A DNA stretch of 26,014 nucleotides from positions 1-26,014 of the forward strand of contig JBIOXB010000049.1 in the NCBI GenBank assembly GCA_044869275.1, read 5' to 3'. Under the pieces are notes generated by a model. That model did not search any database. It had not been told where the DNA came from and saw only the letters and a program-made list of their open reading frames with translations. Every line of letters starts with the position of its first letter. Position 1 is the first letter of the stretch. Both the position numbers and the translations under genes were made by a program. This DNA is from a bacterium. GTDB taxonomy: Bacteria > Zhuqueibacterota > Zhuqueibacteria > Zhuqueibacterales > Zhuqueibacteraceae. Below, piece by piece: positions 16,732-26,014 of this stretch.

Positions 16732-18078
16732 GTGTCCATTTCCTGTCTGCGGAAGATGCTTCTTGCCGGGAGCGTGCTCGTGGTGGCGGTTTCGGGCCAT
16801 ACGCAGCAGATTTTCGAGTCCCTGAAAAAGCCAACGAAAGAAGATCGCTCCACTTCCAAACGCCAGCCCATTGAGCCGCCCCAAATCGAGTTCGGGCAAA
16901 CAGCCTTGAGCAACTTGCAGGCCGTCGAAACGGCCGTTGATCCCAACACCTACCAGGTCGGACCCGGGGACGTTTTCACCATCAGTTTTTGGGGGCCGGT
17001 GTTTCCCGAGCCCTTGTTGGTTGTGCCGGTGACGCCGGAAGGCGAGCTCATCATTCCCACGGTGGGCGGTCTGCCTGTGGGCGGGCAAACGCTGGCGCAG
17101 GCGCAAGCCGCGGTGAGCCGCGCGTGTGCGGAGAAATACAACGCCAACATGGTCCGCGCCACCGCGCATTTGAGTCAAGTGCGCCTGGTGCGTGTTCATG
17201 TTTATGGAGAAGTCAAGGACCCCGGCGCATTCATCGCGAGCGCGGCGGAGCGCGTTTCCGCCTGCCTGCAAAGGGCCGGCGGCTTGACAGAATGGGCTGA
17301 CGACAGCCAAATCGAAATTCGTTATGCGGACAGCACCAGCCGCGTACTGGACCTGACGCGCTTGTACCAACAGGGCGATTTGGCGCAGGATCCCTATTTA
17401 CAGGGTGGGGAGGTGATTTACGTACTCCGTTTGCCGTTGACGCACGATGTCGTTTTCGTAGAGGGCGCGGTGCCGCGCCCCGGGCCGCATCGCTGGCTGG
17501 CGAATGAATCCCTGCCGGATTTTCTGCATCGCGTCAAAGCGCTCGACCGCCAAACCGATTTGACCGAAGTCGTCTTGCTGCGGCAGCATCAAGCGCCGCT
17601 GCACCTGAGCTTCTTTGAAAACGTTGCCGAGCCTTCCAACGGCTCGACTATGGGCAATGGCGATGCCGTGCATGGCAACCATGGCACAAGCTCCACAGCC
17701 TCTTCCGTGGCCGCGCAAACGTTGCAATTGCAGGCCGGCGATCGCATCGTGGTGGCGGAATTGAAAGAATTTGTCTATGTGCATGGCGCGGTTAGGGTTC
17801 CCGGCAGCTATCCGTTTGTCACCGGCTACAAAGTCGCCGATTACATTGGACTCGCGGGCGGCACCATGGAGACCGCCAACCTCAAAAGCGCGAAAGTCTT
17901 TCATCGCGAAAACGGCGCCAGCGAAAAAGGGGCGGACAAAGAAGTCCAGCGTGGCGATATCATTGCCATTCCCACCTCCACGCGAAAAACTTTCGGCGAT
18001 TATCTCACGTTTTTGACGCAAGCCGCGACCATTACGCTGGCGGTGATTGCCGCCGTCAACGCTGTAAATGCAAACTGA
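16732..18078 (+). CDS. SLBB-domain polysaccharide export protein (Wza/KpsD-like), paralogue 1
   Basis: VDPNTYQVGPGD...VTPEGELIIPTVG poly_export domain; repeated V.G.V..PG SLBB motifs; C-terminal hydrophobic helix; GGAGGA RBS with GTG start. Confidence 0.9.
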   Translation: MSISCLRKMLLAGSVLVVAVSGHTQQIFESLKKPTKEDRSTSKRQPIEPPQIEFGQTALSNLQAVETAVDPNTYQVGPGDVFTISFWGPVFPEPLLVVPVTPEGELIIPTVGGLPVGGQTLAQAQAAVSRACAEKYNANMVRATAHLSQVRLVRVHVYGEVKDPGAFIASAAERVSACLQRAGGLTEWADDSQIEIRYADSTSRVLDLTRLYQQGDLAQDPYLQGGEVIYVLRLPLTHDVVFVEGAVPRPGPHRWLANESLPDFLHRVKALDRQTDLTEVVLLRQHQAPLHLSFFENVAEPSNGSTMGNGDAVHGNHGTSSTASSVAAQTLQLQAGDRIVVAELKEFVYVHGAVRVPGSYPFVTGYKVADYIGLAGGTMETANLKSAKVFHRENGASEKGADKEVQRGDIIAIPTSTRKTFGDYLTFLTQAATITLAVIAAVNAVNAN

Positions 18079-18087
18079 AGAATGAAC

Positions 18088-18116
18088 TTGACTAACTCGG
18101 CACCTGGCGCTATATT
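18088..18116 (+). promoter_or_regulatory. Internal sigma70-type promoter
   Basis: TTGACT (18088-18093), 17 bp, TATATT (18111-18116). Confidence 0.55.
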
Positions 18117-18197
18117 GTCGCGTTTCGAGGCGATAAAACAAGGACGGCAACTATCAGGAGTTTCCAACATGATGGTTAAAAGGAGCGGAGGATTTCA

Positions 18198-19454
18198 TTG
18201 TCGCGTCGTGCGCCAGCCGCAGTTTTCGTATTTGGATTCGCAATCTTAATTTTTCACAACTCCTACAGCCAGGACTTCAAAGCCAAGCCGCCCTCAGCCC
18301 CGCAAATCGACGAAGAGTTGCTCGCCAAACAGTTGCAAAAGCGGAACGAGCAGGATTTCACGCAACAAGCCATTGAAGGCGTCATCGATCCGGCCACGTA
18401 CGTGGTGGGACCGGGAGACGTTCTGAAAATCAATTTTTGGGGGCCAACCGCCGATGATCTCGGGCTTTCCGTTGTGGTCACTCCCGAAGGGAAAATCATC
18501 ATCCCGACGGTCGGTGTGGTGGAGGCGGATCGCAAAACGTTGCAGCAGGTGCAGGAGGAAACGCGGCGACTCTGCGCCACCAAGTACGATTCTCGCAACG
18601 TCAAGGTGACCATCCATCTCACTAAGCTGCGCACCGTGCGGGCTTATATTTTCGGCGAAGTCAAGGGCTCAGGCGTGTACACCGCAACTTCTATCGGCCG
18701 CGTTTCCTATTACCTGAGCGAGGCTAAGGGATTTACCGAATGGGCGGACGAGCGTCACGTGCAATTGCGGCATTTGCACGGCGGCGTGGATACGCTGGAT
18801 ATGACGCGGCTGTATGAATATGGCGACATTACGCAGGACCCATACGTGCAAGGTGGCGACATGATCTACGTGCCGCGCATCGAGCTGACCGACCAAACCG
18901 TTTTCGTCGAGGGGGACATGCTCAAGCCCGGGCCGCACAAAATCATGGAAGGCGAAACCCTGTTGGAGTTTTTGCACCGCGTCAAGGCGCTGACACGCAC
19001 CTCAGATTTGAACGGCATTGTGCTCGTGCGCGGGAAGCAGCCGCCGCTGCATGTCAATTTTCTCGCGAACGGCGCGGCGAACGCCGATCTGCATCAAATG
19101 CCGTTGCAGCACGGCGACCGCATCTTCGTGCCGCCGATCAAGGAATTCGTTTACGTGCACGGCGCGGTGAAGAGCCCGGGAAGTTATCCGTTCGTGGTGG
19201 GTTATAAGGCCGGCGATTATGCCGGCCTGGCCGGCGGCACCGTGGAATCTGGAAACTTAAGAAGCGTAAGAGTGATTCACCAGGAAACGGGCAAGAGTGA
19301 AGCAGGCCCGGACAAGGAAGTGCAGCGCGGGGACACGGTCGTCGTGCCGGTATCCGCACGCACCACCTTCGGACAATTCTTGACGTTTGGCGCGCAGACG
19401 GGAACCATCGTGCTCGCTGTCATCGCCGCAGTGAACGCGCTCAATACCAATTGA
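18198..19454 (+). CDS. SLBB-domain polysaccharide export protein, paralogue 2
   Basis: IDPATYVVGPGD...VTPEGKIIIPTVG; SLBB repeats; colinear with paralogue 1; GGAGGA RBS with TTG start. Confidence 0.9.
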   Translation: MSRRAPAAVFVFGFAILIFHNSYSQDFKAKPPSAPQIDEELLAKQLQKRNEQDFTQQAIEGVIDPATYVVGPGDVLKINFWGPTADDLGLSVVVTPEGKIIIPTVGVVEADRKTLQQVQEETRRLCATKYDSRNVKVTIHLTKLRTVRAYIFGEVKGSGVYTATSIGRVSYYLSEAKGFTEWADERHVQLRHLHGGVDTLDMTRLYEYGDITQDPYVQGGDMIYVPRIELTDQTVFVEGDMLKPGPHKIMEGETLLEFLHRVKALTRTSDLNGIVLVRGKQPPLHVNFLANGAANADLHQMPLQHGDRIFVPPIKEFVYVHGAVKSPGSYPFVVGYKAGDYAGLAGGTVESGNLRSVRVIHQETGKSEAGPDKEVQRGDTVVVPVSARTTFGQFLTFGAQTGTIVLAVIAAVNALNTN

Positions 19455-20767
19455 ACCCTCGTGAGAATAAAAATATGTTGCGAGACGGGCACATCAATGG
19501 CAATTCCAATTCGAATGATCCGCTCAATGGCCAGCAGGTGCAAAGCCATTTTTTTGACTATTTGTATGTTTTGGTCAAGCGGCGCAAAATCATTCTCAGT
19601 GCCATTTTAGTGACCGCGGTGGCCACCGCTGTCGTCACCTTGTTCATGCCCAACTGGTACGCGGCCACGGCCTCGGTGCTGCCTCCCAAGCGGCCCGGCG
19701 GCTTGTTGAGCATGCTGGAAGGCGGCTTCTCTTCGCTGCTGCGCAGCCTGCCCGGCATGGGCGTGAAATTCGGCTCCTCGCAAGAAACCTACAGCTACCT
19801 CGCGATTTTGAATAGCCGGAACGCTATGGAACGCGTGGTGCAAAAATTCGATCTCATCAAGGTTTATGACACGCGCAAACACTCGTTGGATGACACCATT
19901 AAAGAATTGCGCGAAAACTGCGAGTTCGATTTCGCCACCGAAGGCAACATCACCATCACGGTATTTGACAAAGACCGCCAGCGTGCTGCGGACATGGCGA
20001 ATTATTTCGTTGAAATTCTCAATGAAATGAGCGTGCAGCTCGGCACCAAGGAGGCGCGCAACAACCGCGAATTCATCGAACGGCGTTATCACCAAAACAA
20101 AGAAGATTTGAAGGCCGCGGAAGACAGCATGAAAGCCTTCCAGCAGAAATACGGCATCTACACACTGGCGGAGCAGACCGAAAGCGCGATCAAAGGCGCG
20201 GCCGAGCTGAAAGCTGAACAGGCAGCCCGGGAAATCGAGCTGGGCATCGCGCTCAAGAGTCTGGGCGAGAACAATCCCAAGACCCAGGAATTGCAGTTGC
20301 AGCTCGCCGCCATCAACAACAAGCTGCGCGAGCTCAAATTCGGCACTGCGGATTGGTACGGCGAAAGATCGCTGAATCTGTTCGTGCCGTTCAAAGATGT
20401 GCCCGAGCTGGGATTGGAATATCTGCGGCGCTATCGCGAGCTGCAAATCCAAAACAAGATGTTGGAATTTCTGCTGCCGCTTTATGAGCAGGCCAAAATC
20501 GACGAGCAAAAAGACATGCCCGTGGTATTGTCGCTAGACAAAGCCACGCCCCCGGAACGCAAGAAGAAACCGTTCCGCACTCTCATTGTTTTGATTTTCA
20601 CCTCGCTCGCCGCCATGTTCAGCGCCGCGTGGGCGTTCGTGCAAGAGCTTTATGATCGCGAGAAGGAATACAATCCCAAGATAACCGCGCTCGCGGAAGA
20701 GCTCAAACGGGGAGCCTTGTATCGAAGAGTCATGCAACGCCGCAAGACCCCGATGGAAAAAACCTGA
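19451..20767 (+). CDS. Polysaccharide co-polymerase / chain-length determinant (Wzz/GumC-like, no kinase domain)
   Basis: Two TM segments flanking a long coiled coil; P.WYAATASVLP and LDKATPPERKKKP motifs. Confidence 0.9.
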   Translation: MNPRENKNMLRDGHINGNSNSNDPLNGQQVQSHFFDYLYVLVKRRKIILSAILVTAVATAVVTLFMPNWYAATASVLPPKRPGGLLSMLEGGFSSLLRSLPGMGVKFGSSQETYSYLAILNSRNAMERVVQKFDLIKVYDTRKHSLDDTIKELRENCEFDFATEGNITITVFDKDRQRAADMANYFVEILNEMSVQLGTKEARNNREFIERRYHQNKEDLKAAEDSMKAFQQKYGIYTLAEQTESAIKGAAELKAEQAAREIELGIALKSLGENNPKTQELQLQLAAINNKLRELKFGTADWYGERSLNLFVPFKDVPELGLEYLRRYRELQIQNKMLEFLLPLYEQAKIDEQKDMPVVLSLDKATPPERKKKPFRTLIVLIFTSLAAMFSAAWAFVQELYDREKEYNPKITALAEELKRGALYRRVMQRRKTPMEKT

Positions 20768-20923
20768 CGGCTGTTGCACGTGAGGCGGTTTGCAATTGCA
20801 TCAGCACCGTGTGCTCAGCGGCGTTGCATGGAGTTCGTGAGATTCTGCAGCAACAGGATGATTTCCTTCCTATGAATTATCTCCTTGTATGCAAAAGCCG
20901 TAACGCCTCTGGGAGCCTGCAAC

Positions 20924-22684
20924 ATGATCTCTCCGGCCCGGTTTCGCGCAGAGCCCGCCGTAATTCTTCTTTTGCTTTTGGCGCCAGTTTTCCTGTTCAG
21001 CCAAAACGACCGCTTTGAAATCGTTTATATGGCTGAAACCAAATATGTCAAAGATCGCGTGTGGTTGAACAACTTGAAAACCGATTGGCAGGCGACTGGC
21101 GTGAATCTGCGCCTTATGTGGGCGGAAGTTGAGAACGAGTCCCATGTTCTCAATTGGACCGAAATTGACGCCGCCCTGCGCGCTCTGGCAAAAAACAACC
21201 TGGATATTTACATACGAGTCAGCTTGATTTTTACCCGTGACCAATGGTTTGCAGACTCCGGGTATTATACTGCGGACGACTTTCATCGCCGTTGGAACGG
21301 GGATTATTATTTGAATCGTTATCCGCAACAGCTCGATGCTCCCGGCGAGCACGGCAAAATGTTGACTTTTATTTCACTCAATGCGCGATCCAGGGTGAAA
21401 CAATTCTATCATGAAGTGGTTGTGCATTTGGAGCAGCAACCCGTCGACATCAAAAAAAGAATTCGGCTCATTGTGCCGGCGCTCACTCCGGATGATGAAT
21501 CGGAATATCCTTCGCACGGCTGGATTGATGGAAAAGATGCAGCAGAGATGACGGGCTACGCCAAGCCCGAGCAGGAGGCCTTCGTCAAATTTTTACAGGC
21601 GAAATATGATAACGACCGCAAAATGCTCAACCTCGCCTGGGAATCGAATTTCACAGCGATCAACACGGCTCAGATTCAGATTGCGAAGTATAACTGGCAG
21701 AAACAACAGGGGTTCGAGGATCCCCCCTATCAATACGCCAAGGGCAGAAAAGACTGGATCGATTTTAAGACGGAGGCGCTCAAGAAGTTTTTTGAGGAGC
21801 TGGCGGTCATCACCCACGAGGCGAATTTCAAATTCGGGCTGCAATTTGGCTCACTATATGATAACGGCATCACGTATCGCGGATTCTATGACCCCACTTC
21901 TTTGCTGGAAGAGATCGATTATTTGATTACCGGTGAAATTCTCGAATATGAGCCAAACTTCGAGTTTTCCGCGGATTATTCCCGCAGTTTGTGCAAATAC
22001 TGGGATTGGAAGAATTCCAGAGCTGCGGGCCAGAAGATCAAATTTGCCACTGAAACCAATTGGCCCGAGTATAACCATCATACTCCCCAGCTCTTATGCG
22101 CATCGTGGACGCGACAGGTTTGCGCTTTCTACGAAAGAGGCGCCGCCGCGCTTTTTGTCTCGCACTGGGGAACGACAGATGCCGGCGAGGGCGCCAATGT
22201 TCCTGCGCGCGTCAAAAACGGCAAACTCAAAACTCCGTATGCCCAGTGGGCCAAGACGCTCAAGGCATATAAAGGCGCCCCCGTGCAAAACATTATCAAC
22301 GACTATGCCGCGCATTTAAGCTGTGAGCAAAGCCTTTACTTCCGATGTGACTCGGGTTGCGCCGGCAGCACCGACTTTTTCTACAACAATGGCTTTCAGG
22401 TGGCACAAAATCCCATCCAATACGAATTTCCATTCACCCGCTTTGTACGGTCAAAAGCATCTGGCCAGAACCTCGTTTCTGCGGAAGAAAGAAATGACAT
22501 CGTGACAAATTATATGTTGATTCAATCGCCGGCATATCTCACGAGCAACTATAAAAAGCTCCGGCTCACCACCACCAGCTCAATTCTCCCGAAGGCGGCG
22601 AATCAGAATATGCAGCGTAATGAAGTGAAAAACATGATCATGCCCAATAACGCCTCTTTGCGTGCGACGAAACTGGTGGAATAA
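20924..22684 (+). CDS. Exported glycoside hydrolase-like protein (GH42/beta-galactosidase-like TIM barrel)
   Basis: GGGAG RBS, signal peptide; WAEVE...NW..ID, AFVKFLQAKY....LNLAWESNF, DWIDF and FATE motifs typical of GH42-like enzymes. Confidence 0.65.
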   Translation: MISPARFRAEPAVILLLLLAPVFLFSQNDRFEIVYMAETKYVKDRVWLNNLKTDWQATGVNLRLMWAEVENESHVLNWTEIDAALRALAKNNLDIYIRVSLIFTRDQWFADSGYYTADDFHRRWNGDYYLNRYPQQLDAPGEHGKMLTFISLNARSRVKQFYHEVVVHLEQQPVDIKKRIRLIVPALTPDDESEYPSHGWIDGKDAAEMTGYAKPEQEAFVKFLQAKYDNDRKMLNLAWESNFTAINTAQIQIAKYNWQKQQGFEDPPYQYAKGRKDWIDFKTEALKKFFEELAVITHEANFKFGLQFGSLYDNGITYRGFYDPTSLLEEIDYLITGEILEYEPNFEFSADYSRSLCKYWDWKNSRAAGQKIKFATETNWPEYNHHTPQLLCASWTRQVCAFYERGAAALFVSHWGTTDAGEGANVPARVKNGKLKTPYAQWAKTLKAYKGAPVQNIINDYAAHLSCEQSLYFRCDSGCAGSTDFFYNNGFQVAQNPIQYEFPFTRFVRSKASGQNLVSAEERNDIVTNYMLIQSPAYLTSNYKKLRLTTTSSILPKAANQNMQRNEVKNMIMPNNASLRATKLVE

Positions 22685-22702
22685 TCCGGCAATTGACGTC
22701 TC

Positions 22703-24034
22703 ATGAATATTCATCCCTTGATTCCTGCGTGCTGCGGTCTTGCCGGCGTATTCGTCGGGCGCTTTCTCTTTGGCCGCTGGTTCAATCATTTGACGATCTA
22801 TTCGTTGATTTGGGGCGCCGGTCTGGCATTCTTCGAGTTGAAGCTGATCGATTATCAAGCTTTGGACACGGAAGTCTGGATGATGATCGGCTATGCCTGG
22901 CTCGCATTTGGAGCGGGAGCGGTGACTCTGGTGATCGCTCGAGCGGCAATCGACGCCTCGCGCGGCTCCACCGTGACGATCCTGCCCATCCGCAATGCCA
23001 CTTCGGAAAAGCGAGTTTTCACGTTTACGATTGTGGCATTATCAGCCATTGCTTTGATCTCCACTCTGCAGCGCTGGCTGGTTTTGTTGAACATGTTCGG
23101 CAGTATCACCGGCGTCTTGATCAACGGTTACACAATTTATCGCATGCGAATCGACGGCGATACTCCGGGCACAATTCCCTACCTGAATTCTTTCGCCTTG
23201 GCAGCCATCTTTCTCAGCGGATTGTACAGTGCGCGCTCGGGCAAAATCAAACTTATCGCCTTGCTGCCTCTGCTCATCATCATCATCGACGACGTCGCCA
23301 TGGCCGGCCGCGCGAAGATGCTCATGGGAGTGGTTCTCTTCATCAGCGCCTATTTTCTTTCCAAGCTAAAGCCAGTACAGGCCACAGCGGTCCGGACCAC
23401 GAGCAAATGGAAATGGGTGTTGACATTCGGCTTGATGGTGGCGCTTCTGCTGGTCGCTGCGGAATTTGTCCGAAGTTATCGCGGGGCCTACGAGCGCTTT
23501 TACGGTGCCTCCAAGGAATTGAGCAAGCTCGAACGCAACACTTTCATCACGCCTTCGATTTACTTGTATCTCAGTTCACATGTAGGCGTATTCAACGCCT
23601 ATTGGAAAGCTGGCGGCGAGCATTACTTTCCCGCTTCCAATACCTTTGCCCCGGTTTTCAGAATTCTTTCAAAGATTGGACTGGGGGACCCCGTGCCGCA
23701 TTTCACCAAGTTTTACAACACGCCGGTAAGCTCGAACACGGGCACCTACCTGCGTGAGCTGCACGCCGATTTTGGCATTGCCGGAATACTCATCGCGCCT
23801 TATGCTCTGGGCTGGGCATGTACAGTGCTCTGGTTTAAAGTCAGAGGCCGGTCCGGAATGGCATCGATCGCGGTGCTCGCACATTTCTACGTGATTGTCG
23901 TATTCTCATTTTTATATCAAATCACACGGGTGGGAGAATGGTTCGTGAGCTTCGCCATCTCTTTCTTGGCAAGCGCCTTCATCGGCCACTATTGTCGCAT
24001 GCGCGCCGTGGAGCTAACCCAACCTCCAGCCTGA
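22703..24034 (+). CDS. wzy: O-antigen/oligosaccharide repeat-unit polymerase
   Basis: About 10-11 TM segments; SNTGTYLRELHADFG motif; located next to the flippase. Confidence 0.8.
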   Translation: MNIHPLIPACCGLAGVFVGRFLFGRWFNHLTIYSLIWGAGLAFFELKLIDYQALDTEVWMMIGYAWLAFGAGAVTLVIARAAIDASRGSTVTILPIRNATSEKRVFTFTIVALSAIALISTLQRWLVLLNMFGSITGVLINGYTIYRMRIDGDTPGTIPYLNSFALAAIFLSGLYSARSGKIKLIALLPLLIIIIDDVAMAGRAKMLMGVVLFISAYFLSKLKPVQATAVRTTSKWKWVLTFGLMVALLLVAAEFVRSYRGAYERFYGASKELSKLERNTFITPSIYLYLSSHVGVFNAYWKAGGEHYFPASNTFAPVFRILSKIGLGDPVPHFTKFYNTPVSSNTGTYLRELHADFGIAGILIAPYALGWACTVLWFKVRGRSGMASIAVLAHFYVIVVFSFLYQITRVGEWFVSFAISFLASAFIGHYCRMRAVELTQPPA

Positions 24035-24093
24035 AGAATCCGCATCGGCATGAACTGCGCTAGTGGCACGCGCTCAACGAGATCGTTCCCTTC

Positions 24094-25527
24094 ATGGATC
24101 AAGCGGCGCGCATTCGATGGAATTCCCTGTTCTCACTCTTGTCGTCCGGCATACGTCTCATTACCAACGTCTGTCTGTTCCTGGGTGTTGCCCGTTTTTA
24201 TGGGCCGGAAGCTTTCGGCCAGTTTGCCACAGCGCACACGCTTTCCACGCTCTTTTTGTTAGTCGCCGATTTCGGGCTCGATTTGCTGTTCACGACGGAA
24301 GTGGCGCGCCAGCGCGACCAAGCCAGCCGCCTATTTCAAAAATTTGCAGCGCTGAAACTGCTGTTCGCAGTCGCCGCCGTCCTGGGGATGTGGCTCGTGC
24401 CTCTGGCACACAACTTTAGCGAAAGCACGCGCGGGCTCATTTATATTTTCAGCCTCAGCGTCGGCTTTAATGCGCTGATGAATTTTCTTTTCGCCTTGTT
24501 CAGGGGTTTGGAACGACTGGAACATGAAACCCGCGTTTCTTTCCTCGGAAATGTCGTTCTGCTCGCGGTACTGGTTCCGCTGGGCATTCTGCGCGCGCCC
24601 ATCTGGCTCCTGGCGCTCGCATTTACGGCGACACGCGCTTTGGGATTTGTTCTCGCCGCGATGACGGCCACCCGTTTTGTGCGCCTGGAAGTGCCCAAGC
24701 TCGAAGTCGCAGAATTGAAAGCCGTAATGCGGCAAGGCTGGGTTTTTGGGGTGTATCTTTTGTGCGGAACGCTTTTCTTCCAGCTGGACACGCTGCTGCT
24801 CGCATTCTGGAAAGGAGATTATGCCGTTGGGATTTACCAAGCGGTGATGAAGCTCGTCGCCCTGTCGCTGGCACTCCCGGAAATTGCCAATAGCGTTTTT
24901 CTGCCCGCGCTTTCGCGTTTTTATCACGAGAACAGACCGCAATGGGAGCGCATCGGGAGGCTGTTGAACAAGACGCTGTGGCTGCTCGGGCTTCCCATTG
25001 CGCTCATCTTCTTTGTGTATGCCGAACCGGTGATACGCGTGCTTTACGGTGCCGAGAAGTTCGCTCCAGCGATTCCACTCATGCGTATCGCGGCACTCAT
25101 TGTCCTTCTCCGTTTTGCGTGGGAGTCCTACGGTCTCATGTTGACGACTGCGGGGCGCCAACTCGCAAAAATGGTCATCGTCGTAGCGGCAACACTCATC
25201 ACGCTCGCGCTCAATGCGTATGCCATTCCGCGTCACGGCGTATATGGCGCGGCGATGGTGTCGCTTATTACGAATCTCTTCGTCGCCACAGGGTTCGCCC
25301 TCTGCACGCGCACCTTTTTTCTATCGTGGACTTTTGAGGCGCGCTATCTCATTCCCGGCGCGGTAACGCTCGCTCTGGGCGCTTTGCTCTGGCACACGAC
25401 CCCTTCGAGTTTTGCGTACGGGCTGCCATTGATTGTGGTGCTTTACGCGGTCATGCTTTATTTCATCGGATATACAAAGACCGAGCGCAACTTGATACTG
25501 GGGTGGAGAAGAGCTCAAAGGAATTGA
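24094..25527 (+). CDS. wzx: Polysaccharide flippase
   Basis: ARFYGPEAFGQF, ADFGL, DTLLL...VGIYQA, LPALSR, G.YGAA motifs; multiple TM segments. Confidence 0.92.
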   Translation: MDQAARIRWNSLFSLLSSGIRLITNVCLFLGVARFYGPEAFGQFATAHTLSTLFLLVADFGLDLLFTTEVARQRDQASRLFQKFAALKLLFAVAAVLGMWLVPLAHNFSESTRGLIYIFSLSVGFNALMNFLFALFRGLERLEHETRVSFLGNVVLLAVLVPLGILRAPIWLLALAFTATRALGFVLAAMTATRFVRLEVPKLEVAELKAVMRQGWVFGVYLLCGTLFFQLDTLLLAFWKGDYAVGIYQAVMKLVALSLALPEIANSVFLPALSRFYHENRPQWERIGRLLNKTLWLLGLPIALIFFVYAEPVIRVLYGAEKFAPAIPLMRIAALIVLLRFAWESYGLMLTTAGRQLAKMVIVVAATLITLALNAYAIPRHGVYGAAMVSLITNLFVATGFALCTRTFFLSWTFEARYLIPGAVTLALGALLWHTTPSSFAYGLPLIVVLYAVMLYFIGYTKTERNLILGWRRAQRN

Positions 25528-25573
25528 GATTAACTTCTCCATGCCCCTTTATTCATGCTTTTTACTTGAGGCC

Positions 25574-26014
25574 ATGATTACAGAAAGGCTCATTCCCGAA
25601 CGGGAAGAAAATCCGGAAATCATTCGCCTCCATATGGCGCGCTATGAATTTGCCCGGCAGTTTGTTCGCGGCAAAAGCGTGCTGGACGTCGCGTGCGGTG
25701 CTGGATACGGCTCCGCCATGTTGAAAGCAGCGGGGGCATCGAAAGTGGTAGGCCTCGATGTTTCCACAGAGGCCATTGCCCACGCGTGCGCACACTTTCA
25801 AACGAGCGGCCTGGACTTCGTCGTCGGTAACGCGGAGGATTTATCTTCGTATCGTGGCTTCGAAGTCGTCATTTCTTTCGAGACGATCGAGCACTTGCAA
25901 AATCCTGAAACCTTTCTCCAAGAAATTGCGCGCGCGCTGGCGCCGCAAGGCCTCTTGATTATTTCCACGCCCCAGCGCGAACAGGGGACTCTACAGGACA
26001 AACCGCGCAACCAG
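25574..26014 (+). CDS. Class I SAM-dependent methyltransferase (partial, runs off the window)
   Basis: Manual translation MITERLIPE...HMARYEFARQFVRGKSVLDVACGAGYG...VISFETIEHL...LIISTP; GAGG RBS. Confidence 0.92.
   Translation, partial: MITERLIPEREENPEIIRLHMARYEFARQFVRGKSVLDVACGAGYGSAMLKAAGASKVVGLDVSTEAIAHACAHFQTSGLDFVVGNAEDLSSYRGFEVVISFETIEHLQNPETFLQEIARALAPQGLLIISTPQREQGTLQDKPRNQ

Noticed and set aside
22693..23757. 354-aa alternative-frame ORF over wzy
   Set aside because: Arg/His/Ser-rich off-frame composition; the wzy frame has the coherent membrane-protein pattern
1..26014. CRISPR array, tRNA or rRNA genes
   Set aside because: No regularly spaced repeat-spacer pattern or tRNA/rRNA signature was seen by eye

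Overview
Bacterial window, mostly GC-rich with a visibly AT-richer islet at about 14.9-16.7 kb. Two secreted proteins end in YPNPFNP...WDG..SG.Y.Y..KK.VL (FlgD-Ig/T9SS type A-like) tails and lipid A genes are present, which suggests an FCB-group diderm such as KSB1 or Calditrichota (inference). Gene order: 3' end of a pabB-like gene, alaX, a small DUF6504-like gene, a secreted metallophosphoesterase, an orphan sigma54 response regulator, lpxK, a DUF374 acyltransferase, a small lipoprotein plus a secreted subtilase, a PQQ-type beta-propeller/esterase-like fusion, serS, a TA-like pair with decayed ORFs, and the start of a Wzx/Wzy polysaccharide locus (two SLBB export paralogues, co-polymerase, GH42-like hydrolase, Wzy, Wzx, methyltransferase). 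Most notable: (1) a stand-alone lipoprotein that looks like a copy of the adjacent subtilase's own prodomain, a candidate cognate inhibitor or chaperone; (2) a propeller-esterase fusion whose nucleophile Ser and catalytic His positions are substituted; (3) two copies of a ~120 bp MITE-like element carrying a REP-like hairpin, one nested in another palindromic repeat; (4) a putative toxin-antitoxin pair directly behind serS. All family assignments come from motif recognition, not database searches.
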